Source: an uncultured Alphaproteobacteria bacterium
GTDB lineage: Bacteria > Pseudomonadota > Alphaproteobacteria > Rhizobiales > Hyphomicrobiaceae
Length of the DNA: 64,000 nucleotides
NCBI GenBank assembly: GCA_963759735.1
Contig: CAVXAF010000002.1
Coordinates: forward strand, 58,255-122,254
Reading direction: 5' to 3'
The notes under the pieces were generated by a model. The model was given only the letters and a program-made list of their open reading frames with translations, made no database searches and was not told the DNA's origin. Positions 40,010-55,955 of the stretch are shown here, piece by piece; position 1 is the stretch's first letter, and every line of letters begins with the position of its first letter. The position numbers and the translations under genes are program-made.

Positions 40010-40922
40010 TCAGCCGAAATTGAACACGCGAGTTGGACGGAAGGCGCCTTTTTCCAGCTCTCCGAGGGCCAGAATGCGGCCCTTGAAGTGGGCATATGCC
40101 GCGCCGTTGAGGATGGGGGCGTCGCGGCCGCGCACCAGCACGGCCTGGCCGCGGGACAGGCTGGCGGCATCTCCCGGACCGACACTGACCCCGGGAATGT
40201 CATCAAGCGCCGCCTCGACCGCCAAGCAGGTGGCGGCCGATGCTGCCCGCTTCGGCCATTTCCTGCAGGTTGCCGAGTTGCACAGCCGTCTGCTCATCGA
40301 AGCCGCCGACGCGTGTGCGGCGCAGGGCGATGACGTGGGCGGCGCTGCCCAGCATGCGGCCCATGTCGCGCGCCAGGGCCCGCACGTAGGTGCCCTTGCC
40401 GCAGTCGGCTTCGAGCACGGCGGTGGCGCTGTCGGGCATGTCGATGAGGCGCAGTTCGTCGACGACGATCCAGCGCGGCTCCAGCACGACCACCTCGCCG
40501 GCGCGCGCGAGGTCATAGGCGCGGTTGCCGTCGACCTTGATGGCGGAGAACGCCGGCGGCACCTGGCTGATCTCGCCGATGAAATTGGCGAGGACGCTTT
40601 GGATGTCGGCGAAGGACGGCAGCACGTCCGACGTCCGCACGACCTTGCCTTCGGCGTCGTCTGTGTCTGTCTCGGCGCCGAAGCGGACAGTGAAGCGGTA
40701 GGCCTTCTCGCCATCGACGGCGAAGGGCACCGTTTTCGTCGCCTCACCGAGAGCGATGGGCAGGATGCCGGTGGCCAACGGATCAAGCGTGCCGGCGTGG
40801 CCGGCCTTCTGGGCCTCGAACAGGCGGCGCACGGCGCCGACGGCCTGCGTCGACGTCATGCCGATGGGCTTGTCGAGCACGACCCACCCGTGCACCGGGT
40901 TTCCCTTTTTACGCCGCGCCAT
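40010..40922 (-). CDS. truB: tRNA pseudouridine(55) synthase, frameshift at ~40223
   Basis: [34 protein letters not shown]; the C-terminus FRPTRVFN lies in another frame. Confidence 0.95.
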
Positions 40923-40930
40923 CTGGCCGC

Positions 40931-41332
40931 TCAGTCCTTGTCCAGGTCCTGACGGACCTTGGGGCTCGCCAGCAGCGCATCGATGCGGCTTGCTTCCTCG
41001 AACGTCTCGTCGCGCACAAAGCGGATGTCGGGGGCGAACTTCAGGTTCACCGCTTGCGCCACCTCGGCGCGGATGAAGCGCTTGTTGCGGGTGAGAGCGT
41101 CGATGACTTCCTTGATGTCGGTATCGCCGAGCGTGACGACGTAGGCGGTCGCCAGCTTGAGGTCGGGCGACAGACGCACCTCCGGCACGGTGATGACGTG
41201 CGAGGCGATGGTGTCATCGTGGATGTCGCCGCGCGCCAGCATCTCAGCGAGCTTGTGGCGGATGACTTCGCCGATGCGAAGCTGCCGCTGCGTTGGCGCC
41301 GCCGAGTGCGCCGATTTCTTGGATCTGGTCAC
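40931..41332 (-). CDS. rbfA: 30S ribosome-binding factor
   Basis: [32 protein letters not shown]. Confidence 0.95.
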   Translation of the reverse strand: MTRSKKSAHSAAPTQRQLRIGEVIRHKLAEMLARGDIHDDTIASHVITVPEVRLSPDLKLATAYVVTLGDTDIKEVIDALTRNKRFIRAEVAQAVNLKFAPDIRFVRDETFEEASRIDALLASPKVRQDLDKD

Positions 41333-41448
41333 TGGATTTCGTCTGTTGGATCCGCTGCGGGATTGGACCGCGAACGGGCGCCTGAACGAGGTGCCGGACA
41401 AGATGTCCGACACCTGACTGGGTAGCTGGAGATGGTTGGCGTGGCCCG

Positions 41449-44130
<2,682 letters not shown>

Positions 44131-44168
44131 GCTCTTCTCGTTAACTCCGAAAACGCGCGATCCTGCCT

Positions 44169-44843
44169 TCAGGATGCGCTAAGGCCCGACCGATAGCGCC
44201 TCAAGCGCTCGGCCTGGCTGAGAAACCGTGTCGTGGCTCCGCCTTGTATGAGGCCAGCATGTACCACATTTGACCGCCCCATGGCCAAGCTCAATTGTTC
44301 GATGGTGAGCCAATCAACAATAGGTGCAGCCTTGCCTTTATCCCGTTGAATTGCCGTGAACTTGGCGTCCGACTTACGGCGGCCCTCGGCAGTTCCTTCC
44401 GTCCCGTGCAGCAGCGCCGCACCACGTCCGCCGTCGAGCATCTTCTCGACCTTCTCGGCTCCGGTGCAGACGAGGCCGGCCTTATTGGCCAGCGAAAGGG
44501 CGTTGAGGAGACGGTCTACAAATAATGCGTCGATCGTCTCCGGCAAGTCCGGTGGCGCGCTTACCTGCCGCTTGAGGCTCTTGGCAAAAGCGTTCGCCTT
44601 GATCGCCGCTTCGACCATCGGACGCTCCGCCGTGACCCAGACGCCACGACCGGGCAGCTTGCGGGCGACATCGGGTACGATCACGCCGGAAGGGTCGGCG
44701 ACGAAGCGGATCAGGTCCTCGGGCGGCAGCTCCGCGGCGCGTGACAATGCAACGGCGGAGCGAGCCCCGCACGTCTCCATCGTCTGCGTCGTCCAGCGTC
44801 TCAGCGCCCAATCCGAAATTCCTCTCGACGTGAACATTTCCAA
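44169..44843 (-). CDS. YlxR (DUF448) / L7Ae-like RNA-binding protein, frameshift at ~44737
   Basis: RRCIVTR lies in one frame and [19 protein letters not shown] in another; position between nusA and infB. Confidence 0.85.
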   Translation of the reverse strand: MEMFTSRGISDWALRRWTTQTMETCGARSAVALSRAAELPPEDLIRFVADPSGVIVPDVARKLPGRGVWVTAERPMVEAAIKANAFAKSLKRQVSAPPDLPETIDALFVDRLLNALSLANKAGLVCTGAEKVEKMLDGGRGAALLHGTEGTAEGRRKSDAKFTAIQRDKGKAAPIVDWLTIEQLSLAMGRSNVVHAGLIQGGATTRFLSQAERLRRYRSGLSAS

Positions 44844-46504
44844 CTAGCCTTCGACGGTGGCGTCTTTGCCACCCTCGACGGGCTCGTCGCCCTCGCCAGC
44901 ATCCTCGGCGACCTCTTCAGCCGCCGGCTCGAGATCCTCGGCCTTGATCCAGCCGGCGAGCACGCGCGCCGACATGATCATTTCCTCGGCCTCCTTGCGG
45001 CCAATCTCGAAGCCTTCGAGCACGCCCTTGTGACGCACCGGCTCGGCGTCCTTTTCCTTCTTGCGCTCCGTCCAGCCGATCAGATCGTCGGTGGCGCAGT
45101 CGGCGAGGTCCTCGAGCGTCTTGATGCCGTTCTCGCCCATCGCCACCATCATCGCGGTGGTGACGCCCTGCACCTTGGCAATCTCGTCGGCAACGCCGAG
45201 TTCGCGCCGCTTGGCGTCGCGGTCGGCTTCCTGCTTCTCGAGATATTCGCGCGCACGCGTCTGGATCTCGTTGGCGGTGTGCTCGTCGAAGCCTTCGATG
45301 TGGGCGATCTCGCCGAGGTCGACGTAAGCCACCTCCTCGATCGAGGCGAAGCCCTCGGTCACCAGCAGCTGGGCGATCACCTCGTCGACGTCGAGCGCCT
45401 CCATGAGCATGTTGCGAGCGCTCGGAGAATTCCTTCTGGCGGCGCTCGGACTCTTCCTGCTCGGTGAGGATGTCGATGTCCCAGCCGGTGAGCTGCGAGG
45501 CGAGGCGCACGTTCTGGCCGCGACGGCCGATGGCCAGCGACAGCTGGCTCTCGGGCACAACGACCTCGATGCGGTTGGAATCTTCGTCGAGCACGACCTT
45601 GGTCACCTCGGCGGGCGCCAGCGCGTTGACGATGAAGCTCGCCGCATCCGGGTTCCACTGGATGATGTCGACCTTCTCGCCCTGCAGCTCGTTGACGACG
45701 GCCTGCACGCGGCTGCCGCGCATGCCGACGCAGGCGCCGACCGGATCGATCGATGAATCCTTGGAGATGACGGCAATCTTGGCGCGGCTGCCCGGATCGC
45801 GGGCGACCGACTTGATCTCGACGACGCCGTCGTAGATCTCCGGCACTTCCTGCGCGAACAGCTTCGACATGAACTCGGGCCGGGCGCGCGACAGGAAGAT
45901 CTGCGGGCCGCGCGGCTCGCGGGAGACGTCGTAGATGTAGGCGCGGATGCGGTCGCCGTAGCGCACGTTCTCGCGCGGGATCATCTCGTCGCGGCGGATG
46001 ATGCCCTCGGCGCGGCCCGAGGTCGACGATGACGTTGCCGTACTCGACCCGCTTCACGGTGCCGTTGACGATCTCGCCGATGCGGTCCTTGTATTCGCTG
46101 TAGTGGCGCTCACGCTCGGCCTCGCGCACCTTCTGCACGATGACCTGCTTGGCGTTCTGCGCGGCGACGCGGCCGAAATCCAGCGGCGGCAGCGGCTCGG
46201 CGATGAGGTCGCCGACCTTGGCCTCGGCGTTGCGGCGCTGCGCGTCGGCGAGGTGATCTGCGTCGAGTCGTTCTCGACCGTGCTCGACGACGGCGAGCAC
46301 GCGCGACAGCCGCGTCTCGCCCGTCTTGGGGTCGATCTCGCAGCGGATGTCGTTCTCGGCGCCGTAGCGCGACTTGGCCGCCTTCTGGATGGCGTCTTCC
46401 ATCGCCTCGATGACGATCTTGCGGTCGATCGACTTCTCGCGCGCGACCGCGTCGGCGATCTGCAGGAGCTCCAGCCTGTTGGCGCTGATGCCGGCCATTG
46501 CCAT
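44844..46504 (-). CDS. nusA: Transcription termination/antitermination factor, several frameshifts
   Basis: [50 protein letters not shown]. Confidence 0.96.
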
Positions 46505-46508
46505 GGTC

Positions 46509-47122
46509 TTAGTCCTCCTCGCGATCCGCGCTTGGCTCTACGGCCTCGTCGGATGCTGATGCGTTACCCTTCTTTGCGCGGCGCAAGGCCTCGCGGATCA
46601 GTTCGTCGGTCAGCACGAGCCGCGCTTCGCGAAACGAGCCCAACCGGTATGCCGATCACGTTCTTGTCCGGCTGCACCGAGATCGACCTCGATACGCACC
46701 TCACCGTCCTCGAAGCCCTCGAGCATGCCGCGGAAACGCTTGCGACCGTCGATCGGCTCCTTCACCTCGATCTTCGCCTCGTGGCCGGCCCAGTCCTCGA
46801 AGTCGGAGGGCCGCACCAGCGGCCGGTCGATGCCGGGCGAGGAAACCTCGAGACGATAGCGCGCCGGAAAGCGGCTCGTGCACGTCGAGCAGCGGCGAAA
46901 TCTCCTTCGAGATGATCTCGCAGTCCTCGATCGTCATCGTGCCGTCGGGCCGCTCGGCCATGATCTGCAACGTCCTGGCCTTCGCGGCCCGGACACGCCG
47001 ACGCGCACAAGTCGGAAGCCGCGATCGCTGAGCGCCGGCTCGATCAGCTCGGCAACCCGCGCAGCGGCGCCACTCTCCACGATGAACCGGTCGCCCAGGG
47101 CGCCGTCGTCGCCAGCGTGCAT
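46509..47122 (-). CDS. rimP: Ribosome maturation factor, several frameshifts
   Basis: [34 protein letters not shown] across frames. Confidence 0.92.
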
Positions 47123-47170
47123 GCTCGAATGTATTACCGGTCAGCTTTGCCCGATCCCTTACGCCAATAC

Positions 47171-47198
47171 AAAAAGAGCGGACCCAGAGGGCCCACTC
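47171..47198 (-). terminator. Terminator-like hairpin in the rimP leader
   Basis: Minus strand GAGTGGGCCC-TCT-GGGTCCGCTC-TTTTT about 50 nt upstream of rimP. Confidence 0.7.
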
Positions 47199-47231
47199 CT
47201 GATAGTTGAGATGATCATGAGCAGCAGAATA

Positions 47232-48026
47232 TTACGGGATCGTGACCCGGCTTGCAAGGGGATGGGTCCGCCGATATGCCGCGGCCTCGCGGCGCAGGAA
47301 CCGTAGGAAATAGCGTGCGACGGCCCTCCCGGCCGGCCTTCGCCTCATAGCGTGTCGGCGGCCAATCGGGCCGCCTCTGCGCGCCAATCCTGCGGGCCCA
47401 GCGACCTGCCAGGCGAAGTCGGCGTGCGCCATGCAAGGCGAGCAGGATGGTGCGCAGGTAGTCGCCGATATCGGTGGCGATGCGCAGTTCTCGCACCGGG
47501 GCGCATGACGCGGGCCAGCGCGTCGACCAGCGCGGGATTGATGAGCCGGCGCTTGACGTGGCGCTTCTTGGGCCAGGGGTCGGGAAACAGGATGAACACC
47601 CGGTCGAGGCAGCCTGCGGGCAGCAGCGCGCAACACCTCGCGCGCATCCTCGGTGCTGATGCGGACGTTGCCGAGGGCGCCCTCATCGATGGCCGACAGC
47701 GCCTTGACGACGCCGTCCTCGAACACCTCGCAGCCGATCAGCCCGACCTCAGGATTGGCCCGCGCCTGCCAGATCAGGTGCTCGCCGCCGCCAAAGCCGA
47801 TCTCCAGCCACAAGCCCGCAACGGGCGCTGGAAACTGCGCCGCAGGCGATTGCGCCGATAGAGCCGGCGCCAGCGCCACGCGCGGCAGCACGACGTCGAG
47901 CAGGTGCTGCTGACGCGCACTCAGGCGCCGCCCGCGCCGACGTCCAAACGATCGCAGCTCGTCGCGGTGCGCGGGATCGGTCGCGGCTGCCGGCTCGGCG
48001 CCCAGCTGAACGCCCGCCTCAGCCAA
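47232..48026 (-). CDS. trmB: tRNA (guanine-N7) methyltransferase, several frameshifts
   Basis: [39 protein letters not shown] across frames; exact 3' end uncertain. Confidence 0.9.
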   Translation of the reverse strand: MAEAGVQLGAEPAAATDPAHRDELRSFGRRRGRRLSARQQHLLDVVLPRVALAPALSAQSPAAQFPAPVAGLWLEIGFGGGEHLIWQARANPEVGLIGCEVFEDGVVKALSAIDEGALGNVRISTEDAREVLRAAARRLPRPGVHPVSRPLAQEAPRQAPAHQSRAGRRAGPRHAPRCENCASPPISATTCAPSCSPCMAHADFAWQVAGPAGLARRGGPIGRRHAMRRRPAGRAVARYFLRFLRREAAAYRRTHPLASRVTIP

Positions 48027-49227
48027 TGGCCTTCTTGATCGCATCGGCAAGGTCGGTCCTCTCCCAGGAGAAGCCGCCGTCCGCATCGGGCGCGCGTCCG
48101 AAGTGGCCGTAGGCCGCGGTGCGCGCGTAGATCGGCTTGTTGAGATCGAGGTGCTCGCGGATGCCGCGCGGCGACAGATCCATCACCTCGCCCAGCGCCT
48201 GCTCGAGCTTAGCCTCGTCGACCTTGCCGGTGCCGTGCGTGTCGACGTAGATCGACAGCGGCTTGGCGACGCCGATGGCGTAGGAGAGCTGGATGGTGCA
48301 GCGGTCGGCAAGACCGGCCGCGACAACGTTCTTGGCGAGGTAGCGGGCGGCGTAGGCGGCCGAGCGATCGACCTTCGTCGGGTCCTTGCCGGAGAAGGCG
48401 CCGCCGCCGTGCGGGGCCGCGCCGCCGTAGGTGTCGACGATGATCTTGCGGCCGGTGAGGCCGGTGTCGCCGTCGGGGCCGCCGATGAAGAACTTACCCG
48501 TCGGGTTGATGTGCCAGATGGTGTCCTTGCCGATCCAGCCGTCGGGGAGCGTCTTGCGCACGTAGGGTTCGATGATGTCGCGCACCTGCCGCGAGGACAG
48601 ATCCTCGACGATGTGCTGGTGCGAGACGACGATCTGGGTAACGCCGACGGGCTTGCCGTCCTCGTAGCGCACCGTGACCTGGCTCTTGGAGTCGGGGCCG
48701 AGCATGGCCGCATCGCCGGTCTTGTTTTTGCGCGCGTGGGCGAGGTTCTCGAGGATCTTGTGGCTGTAGTAGATCGGTGCCGGCATCAGTTCGGGCGTCT
48801 CGCTGCAGGCGTAGCCGAACATGATGCCCTGATCGCCGGCGCCTTCCTCCTTGTTGGTCGGCTGCTTGGCGTCGACGCCGGCGGCGATGTCGGCCGACTG
48901 CCCGTGCAGGAGCACCTCGATGTTGCAGTTGGCCCAGTGGAAGCCGTCCTGCTCGTAGCCGATGTCCTTGATCGCCTTGCGCGTGACGTCCTGGATCATG
49001 GCGACGGTCACGGACTTGGGCGTGTTGGAATATTCACCGGCGATCACGACGCGCTGCGTCGTCGCCATGGTCTCGCAGGCGGCGCGGATGGCCCACGGGT
49101 CGAGGCCGGCGCTGAGGCTCTCGCGGTAGAACGCATCGACGACTTCATCGGAGATGCGGTCGCAGACCTTGTCGGGGTGGCCCTCGGAAACCGACTCGCT
49201 GGTGAATAGGTATGACTTGCGTGCCAC
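48019..49227 (-). CDS. metK: S-adenosylmethionine synthetase
   Basis: [39 protein letters not shown]. Confidence 0.97.
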   Translation of the reverse strand: MARKSYLFTSESVSEGHPDKVCDRISDEVVDAFYRESLSAGLDPWAIRAACETMATTQRVVIAGEYSNTPKSVTVAMIQDVTRKAIKDIGYEQDGFHWANCNIEVLLHGQSADIAAGVDAKQPTNKEEGAGDQGIMFGYACSETPELMPAPIYYSHKILENLAHARKNKTGDAAMLGPDSKSQVTVRYEDGKPVGVTQIVVSHQHIVEDLSSRQVRDIIEPYVRKTLPDGWIGKDTIWHINPTGKFFIGGPDGDTGLTGRKIIVDTYGGAAPHGGGAFSGKDPTKVDRSAAYAARYLAKNVVAAGLADRCTIQLSYAIGVAKPLSIYVDTHGTGKVDEAKLEQALGEVMDLSPRGIREHLDLNKPIYARTAAYGHFGRAPDADGGFSWERTDLADAIKKAIG

Positions 49228-49371
49228 TCGGGCCCCCGTGCGCTAGGCGTCGCTTGAAAACGCCGGGTTTGTCTCAGGCTTTGCCTACCGGGTCAAGGAT
49301 TGAGGCCGCTGCGCGCACGCCTGTCCCCGTCGCCGTTAGGCAACGCAAGAGCCTGTCGTTCTGCTGATTTC

Positions 49372-49827
49372 TTATTCGCTGGCGACGACTTCGCCGGCGA
49401 AGGCGCGCACCAGGTCGACGATTGATCGGCGCACGCGCGGATCGGTGATGCGCGCGAAGGCCTTGTTGAGTTCCAGGCCCTCGCGGCTGCCAAGGAATTC
49501 GACGGCGTAGTTCTCGGCCGGGCGCTCGGCAAACCCGGCGGCGGAGGCCGTCTGGCCCACCGGCAGCTCCTCGTAGAAGAACTGTACCGGCACGCTGAGA
49601 ACCTGGGAGAGATCGAACAGGCGGCTGGCGCCGATCCGGTTGATGCCTTTTTCGTATTTCTGGATCTGCTGGAAAGTCAGGCCGAGATGCTCGCCGAGCT
49701 TTTCCTGGCTCATCCCCAGGAGCATGCGGCGCAACCGCACCCGGGCTCCCACATGAACATCGACCGGGTTGGCACGCCTGGAGCCACGCTCTTCTACTTC
49801 AGAGTCGAGCCCGTTTTCTTTCGCCAT
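49372..49827 (-). CDS. XRE-family HTH transcriptional regulator
   Basis: NPVDVHVGARVR, LTFQQIQKYEKGINRIGASRL. Confidence 0.9.
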   Translation of the reverse strand: MAKENGLDSEVEERGSRRANPVDVHVGARVRLRRMLLGMSQEKLGEHLGLTFQQIQKYEKGINRIGASRLFDLSQVLSVPVQFFYEELPVGQTASAAGFAERPAENYAVEFLGSREGLELNKAFARITDPRVRRSIVDLVRAFAGEVVASE

Positions 49828-49983
49828 TCTTGCTTACCCTAATCCCGCTATTGTTTGTGCACGCTGTGATTGCGGGCGCTCACCCCATCTAACTTGGGGT
49901 GCTCTACGGGCCGGGAAGATTTCCGGCCGACGAGGTGCGCTTTATGACCGTTGCCCCCCTTGGAAACAACAAGCAAATTGTCA

Positions 49984-51690
49984 CTAATGACGTTCACGAG
50001 ACCGAAGCGCAAATGCGGCGACCAAGAAGAACAGCGCTAGTGCTACGAAAGTACAATCACCCCACCGGGCATAAACGGGCGCAGATATAGACGCGGGAAT
50101 TCCACTATCCAGAATGCCGCGGGCATTAAGGTTCAGCATTGCGACAACTCGACCTTGCCCGTCTACGACCGCAGAGATGCCGTTGTTTGCCGCCCGAACA
50201 ATGGGCAACCCCTCCTCGACGGCCCGCACGCGCGTCTGGTGGAAGTGCTGACGCGGCCCGGTCGTATCGCCGAACCAGCCGTCGTTGGTGATATTGATCA
50301 GCAATCCCGGACGCTCAGCACCCTGAACAATAGCGGCTGGGAAGATGACCTCGTAGCAAATCAACCCGGCGACAGGCGGCAGGCCCGCGATCCTTAGGAG
50401 CGGGCGCGGCACGGTACCGCTGGAGAAGCCGCCGCGCCATCGGGTGAGCTGCTCCAGGCCGATGCTTTCCAGCAGCGCCTGCATAGGCAGGTATTCACCG
50501 AACGGGACGAGGTGGTTCTTGTCGTAGGTCTGCGCCAAGCCGCCGTTATCGCCGAACACCATGAGACTGTTGTAGCCCCGGCGTGCGCTGCCAGACTCGC
50601 CGGGCGTTGGATGCTTGAGGCGCAGCGCGCCCGACAGCAATTGCGTACCGTCGGGGAGCGTCGCACCGATGGCCGCCAGCGCCTCTGGATGCTCGAGCGG
50701 CAGGAAGGGCATCGCCGCCTCCGGCCATACGAGGTGGGTGATGCCGGCCAGATCGTCGACGCGGCCCGAGGCGTCGCGCCGCGACAGCGCCAACTGATCT
50801 TCGAATATCTCGCGCTGCTTTTCGGGGCGCCACTTGTCGCGCTGCGGCACGCTCGCCTGCACGATGCGCATGCGTACCCCATCGAGCATGGTCGCCATGT
50901 CCGCCGACAGCCGCCAAGCACCGAGCCCGTAAAGCGTCAGCAGCGGAACGACGGCGAGCACGACTGCGCGCTGTACGGCGCCAAGGCGTGTGGTCGGCTC
51001 GGCGCCGGCAATGATGACCAGCGGCCCGGCGAAGATGGCAACGCACAGCAGCGTCAAGCCGTAGATGCCAAACACCGATGCCGACTGCATCAGCGCCAGT
51101 GGCCACGTCAGCGCATAGCCGAGCACGTTCCAGGGAAAGCCGGTCAGCACGTGCCCGCGCAGCCATTCCGAAGATGCCAGCGTCAGCGCCAACACCAGGA
51201 CGCGGGCGGCGCCCGGAGACCAAAATAAGCGCGCCACTGCGGCTGCCAGCCCCGTGAATAGCGCCAGCCCCGCCGGCAGCATCAGCACGGCAAACGGCAT
51301 CAGCCATGCGAACTTATCGGCTTCGACCAGAAAGGCCTCGCCGATCCAGAACAGGCCGAACAGAAAATAGCCAAAGCCAAACCACCAGCCGGCGCCTGCT
51401 GCACGCAGCAGCACCCGTCGCCGACTTAAAACGGAGAGGCCGGCGCCGGAGATGCTGGCGCCGTCGATCAGCCAGACGAGGATCGGCAGGGTCAGGAACA
51501 GCACCGGCGAGAGAAAGACGGGCGCCAAGGCGAGGGCAGATGCGGCGCCAGCCGCAAAGGCGGTCGCCGCGCGGCGCCAGCCGGTTAGTTGCGTGACGCG
51601 AAGGGAGTAGCGCTGAACCAAATCCGTCAAGCGCAGGGCAACCGCAGAGCTGCTGCGGCCCTGCCGCGCGGATGCCGGCGCGAGCGTCAC
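49984..51690 (-). CDS. lnt: Apolipoprotein N-acyltransferase
   Basis: LTGFPWN, VWPEAA, KNHLVPFGEY, ICYE, NDGWFG, RAVEEG. Confidence 0.95.
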   Translation of the reverse strand: MTLAPASARQGRSSSAVALRLTDLVQRYSLRVTQLTGWRRAATAFAAGAASALALAPVFLSPVLFLTLPILVWLIDGASISGAGLSVLSRRRVLLRAAGAGWWFGFGYFLFGLFWIGEAFLVEADKFAWLMPFAVLMLPAGLALFTGLAAAVARLFWSPGAARVLVLALTLASSEWLRGHVLTGFPWNVLGYALTWPLALMQSASVFGIYGLTLLCVAIFAGPLVIIAGAEPTTRLGAVQRAVVLAVVPLLTLYGLGAWRLSADMATMLDGVRMRIVQASVPQRDKWRPEKQREIFEDQLALSRRDASGRVDDLAGITHLVWPEAAMPFLPLEHPEALAAIGATLPDGTQLLSGALRLKHPTPGESGSARRGYNSLMVFGDNGGLAQTYDKNHLVPFGEYLPMQALLESIGLEQLTRWRGGFSSGTVPRPLLRIAGLPPVAGLICYEVIFPAAIVQGAERPGLLINITNDGWFGDTTGPRQHFHQTRVRAVEEGLPIVRAANNGISAVVDGQGRVVAMLNLNARGILDSGIPASISAPVYARWGDCTFVALALFFLVAAFALRSRERH

Positions 51691-52745
51691 GCGTTGCCCG
51701 CGTCAGTGGGCGGCGTTTTCACGGCGCGCGGCTGATGGATCTTCACTTTCTTGAGACGGCGCGCGTCGGCGTCGAGAACTTCCAACTCCAATCCGCTCGG
51801 ATGACGGACAAGTTCGCCGCGCACGGGCACGCGGCCCAGCAGGGAGAACATCAGTCCGCCAAGTGTATCGATGTCCTCTTCCTCCTCCGGCTTCAAGAGT
51901 TTGATGCCGAGATGCTCTTCGAGCTGTTTGATCGGCGTGCGGGCAGAAGCGACGAGGCCGACTTTGGGTTCATCGACGATATACGCGGCTTCGGCCACGT
52001 CGTGTTCGTCCTCGATATCGCCGACGATCTGCTCGACGAGGTCCTCGATGGTGACGAGACCGTCGGTGCCGCCGTACTCATCGACGACGAGCGCCATGTG
52101 GATGCGCGTCGCCTGCATGCGGATGAGCAGGTTGGTTGCCGGCATCGACGGGGGAACATAGAGGACGGGACGGCGGATCTTGGCGGACGTGATGGGGCGC
52201 GAGAGGTCGACGCGGCCAAAATCGAGCTGCGAGGGCCCGGTCGACTTCGACTCCTCCAAGACGTCTTCATCGGCCGGCGGAGCGACGGCGATGCGTGTGC
52301 TCACGACATCGTCGGCCGCTTCTCGCGTCAGCCAGCGAAACAGATCCTTGACGTGGATCATGCCGCGCGGATCGTCGAGCGTCTCGTTGAACAGCGGAAT
52401 GCGCGAAACCCCGGCGTCGCCGAAGGTGCGCAGGAGTTCAGCAAGCGTGTCGCTCTCCTCGAGCGCGATGATGTCGGCGCGCGGCACCATGATGTCCTCG
52501 ACGCGAAGACCCCCGAAGCGCAATAGCCGGCGCAGCATCTCGCGCTCTTCGGTCGAGAATGCGGCGGCGTCGGCCTCGGCTTCGCTCTTGAGATCGGCCT
52601 CCAGCATCTCGCGCAGGCTCGGCGAGCGCAGCCCGATGCGGCTGAGCAGGGCATTGAGCAGGCTCTGCGTTCCGGTGGCAAGCTGCTCGCCGCCCGCCGT
52701 ACTGGCAGGTTCAGCCGGCGCCTTGGGTAAGTGTGCGTTGCTCAT
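51687..52745 (-). CDS. CBS-domain hemolysin family protein (CorC/YbeX-like)
   Basis: VEDIMVPRADI, GVSRIP, VVDEYGGTDGLVTIEDLVE, DTLGG. Confidence 0.9.
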   Translation of the reverse strand: MSNAHLPKAPAEPASTAGGEQLATGTQSLLNALLSRIGLRSPSLREMLEADLKSEAEADAAAFSTEEREMLRRLLRFGGLRVEDIMVPRADIIALEESDTLAELLRTFGDAGVSRIPLFNETLDDPRGMIHVKDLFRWLTREAADDVVSTRIAVAPPADEDVLEESKSTGPSQLDFGRVDLSRPITSAKIRRPVLYVPPSMPATNLLIRMQATRIHMALVVDEYGGTDGLVTIEDLVEQIVGDIEDEHDVAEAAYIVDEPKVGLVASARTPIKQLEEHLGIKLLKPEEEEDIDTLGGLMFSLLGRVPVRGELVRHPSGLELEVLDADARRLKKVKIHQPRAVKTPPTDAGNA

Positions 52746-53329
52746 GGTGTCGTACGTCGGCTCCCGTAGTCGAGCGGAACTATCGGCTCGCCCGCCGCCG
52801 CATAGGGATCGGCGATGCCAAGGCGCGCCAGAATGCGCACCTCGAGGCTTTCCATGGCCTCAGCTTCTTCGTCCGTCTGATGGTCATACCCGAGAAGGTG
52901 CAGCATTCCGTGCACGACCAAATGTTGCATGTGATGCTCGAGCGGCAGCTGCAGGTCAGCCGCCTCGCGCTGCACGGTCTCGCTGGCAAGAATTATGTCG
53001 CCCAGAAATGGCGGCTCGCCGTCGACCGGCAGCATGGGCACGGCGGGAAAGGACAGCACGTTGGTGGGGGCCGCCTTGCCGCGATAGCTGGCATTGAGTT
53101 CGGCGACCTGTTCATCGCTCGACAAGGCGACGCAAACTTCGCCACGGGTGATGGCGAGTTCGACGGCGAGCGCTGTTGCAGCATTGCGCACAAGACCATC
53201 GGCGTCGGTGACCGTGGCCCAGTCGCCGCCCTCGTGCACGACATCGATGTCGAGACTTCGGGGGTCCGGGTCGGCTGGCGCATCATCCGTACTAACGGGA
53301 GCGCTGGTCACTGGGGCATCAGGGGGCAT
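52742..53329 (-). CDS. ybeY: rRNA maturation endoribonuclease
   Basis: TNVLSFP, LGDII, HGMLHLLGYDH. Confidence 0.95.
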   Translation of the reverse strand: MPPDAPVTSAPVSTDDAPADPDPRSLDIDVVHEGGDWATVTDADGLVRNAATALAVELAITRGEVCVALSSDEQVAELNASYRGKAAPTNVLSFPAVPMLPVDGEPPFLGDIILASETVQREAADLQLPLEHHMQHLVVHGMLHLLGYDHQTDEEAEAMESLEVRILARLGIADPYAAAGEPIVPLDYGSRRTTP

Positions 53330-53339
53330 GGGAGCGAGC

Positions 53340-54407
53340 TTACTTCTGTCGGTCGTAAGCTTCAACAATGCGCGCAACCAGGTCCCGCCGGACCACGTCA
53401 GCACCGGTAAAGCGGATGGGCTCGATGCCAGGCACGCCGTCGAGCAGGGCGATCGCCTCCTCAAGGCCAGACTTCATGCCGCCCGGCAAATCGATCTGAC
53501 TCGGGTCGCCGGTCACCACCATTTTGGCGTTCTCGCCCAGTCGGGTCAGGAACATCTTCATCTGCATGCTGGTCGTGTTCTGCGCCTCATCGAGAATGAC
53601 GAAGGCGTTGGCCAGCGTGCGTCCGCGCATGAATGCGAGGGGAGCGATCTCGATGACGCCGGTTTCCAGATCGCGCTCCACCTTCTCGGGAGGAAGCACG
53701 TCATAGAGCGCGTCGTAGAGTGGACGCAGATAGGGATCGACCTTTTCGCGCATGTCACCCGGCAGGAAGCCGAGGCGCTCGCCGGCTTCGACGGCCGGGC
53801 GTGAAAGGATGATGCGTTCGACGAGGCCGCGCTCCAGGCAATGGGCGGCGTAGGCGACGGCGATATAGGTCTTGCCGGTACCGGCCGGGCCGACACCGAA
53901 CACGAGATCGGATTTTTCCAGCGCACGGATGTAGGCGCTCTGCATCGTCGTGCGCGCCTTGACGACGCGGCGGCGCGTGGCGACCTGCGCCTGCCCGTCC
54001 CCGGGCACGGAGGCTTCGCGCGCATGGCGGATTAGACCGTCGAAATCTCCCGGACCGATCGGCTCGCCAGTGCTGGCGCGCTTGTAGAGATCTTCCAGCA
54101 CGTTGCGGGCGATGTCGCACGCCGCTTCGGGGCCGCTGAGGGTGACGACGTTGCCATGGGCATGGGCTTCGATGCCGAGGCGGTCTTCGATGAGTGCCAA
54201 GTTACTATCGTACTCCCCGAGGAGCCGAGTGAGATGGCGGTTATCCTCGAAGGGCACCACCAAGCGCTTGTTAGCGACCTGAGGTTTAGGAGGCCGTCCC
54301 GGTCCAGCGACCGTATTCCCGCGAGATCCTGCCAATGGCGCTCCAGTCGTCGTTCGCTTCGAATCGGCACTCTTGCAGATCGACCTTATCACAAGGTCGG
54401 CGCCCAC
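53340..54407 (-). CDS. PhoH family protein (YbeZ-like)
   Basis: GPAGTGKT, RPAVEAGERLGFLPG, DEAQN; start uncertain. Confidence 0.92.
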   Translation of the reverse strand: MGADLVIRSICKSADSKRTTTGAPLAGSRGNTVAGPGRPPKPQVANKRLVVPFEDNRHLTRLLGEYDSNLALIEDRLGIEAHAHGNVVTLSGPEAACDIARNVLEDLYKRASTGEPIGPGDFDGLIRHAREASVPGDGQAQVATRRRVVKARTTMQSAYIRALEKSDLVFGVGPAGTGKTYIAVAYAAHCLERGLVERIILSRPAVEAGERLGFLPGDMREKVDPYLRPLYDALYDVLPPEKVERDLETGVIEIAPLAFMRGRTLANAFVILDEAQNTTSMQMKMFLTRLGENAKMVVTGDPSQIDLPGGMKSGLEEAIALLDGVPGIEPIRFTGADVVRRDLVARIVEAYDRQK

Positions 54408-54451
54408 TGCACCGCAGGCTAGGGATAACGCCGGTAGGCGTTACCCGATCA

Positions 54452-55876
<1,425 letters not shown>

Positions 55877-55955
55877 GCTCTCGCGCACTTGCCTCCATGC
55901 CGTGCAACGCAGCCTTATCGCAGCGGCATTGTCCAGTCCCCAGAAGGGCTATTGT

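Noticed and set aside
49228-49370. SAM riboswitch upstream of metK
   Set aside because: I see no match to the SAM-II or SAM-SAH cores as I recall them; only a TTGACC promoter-like hexamer is present.
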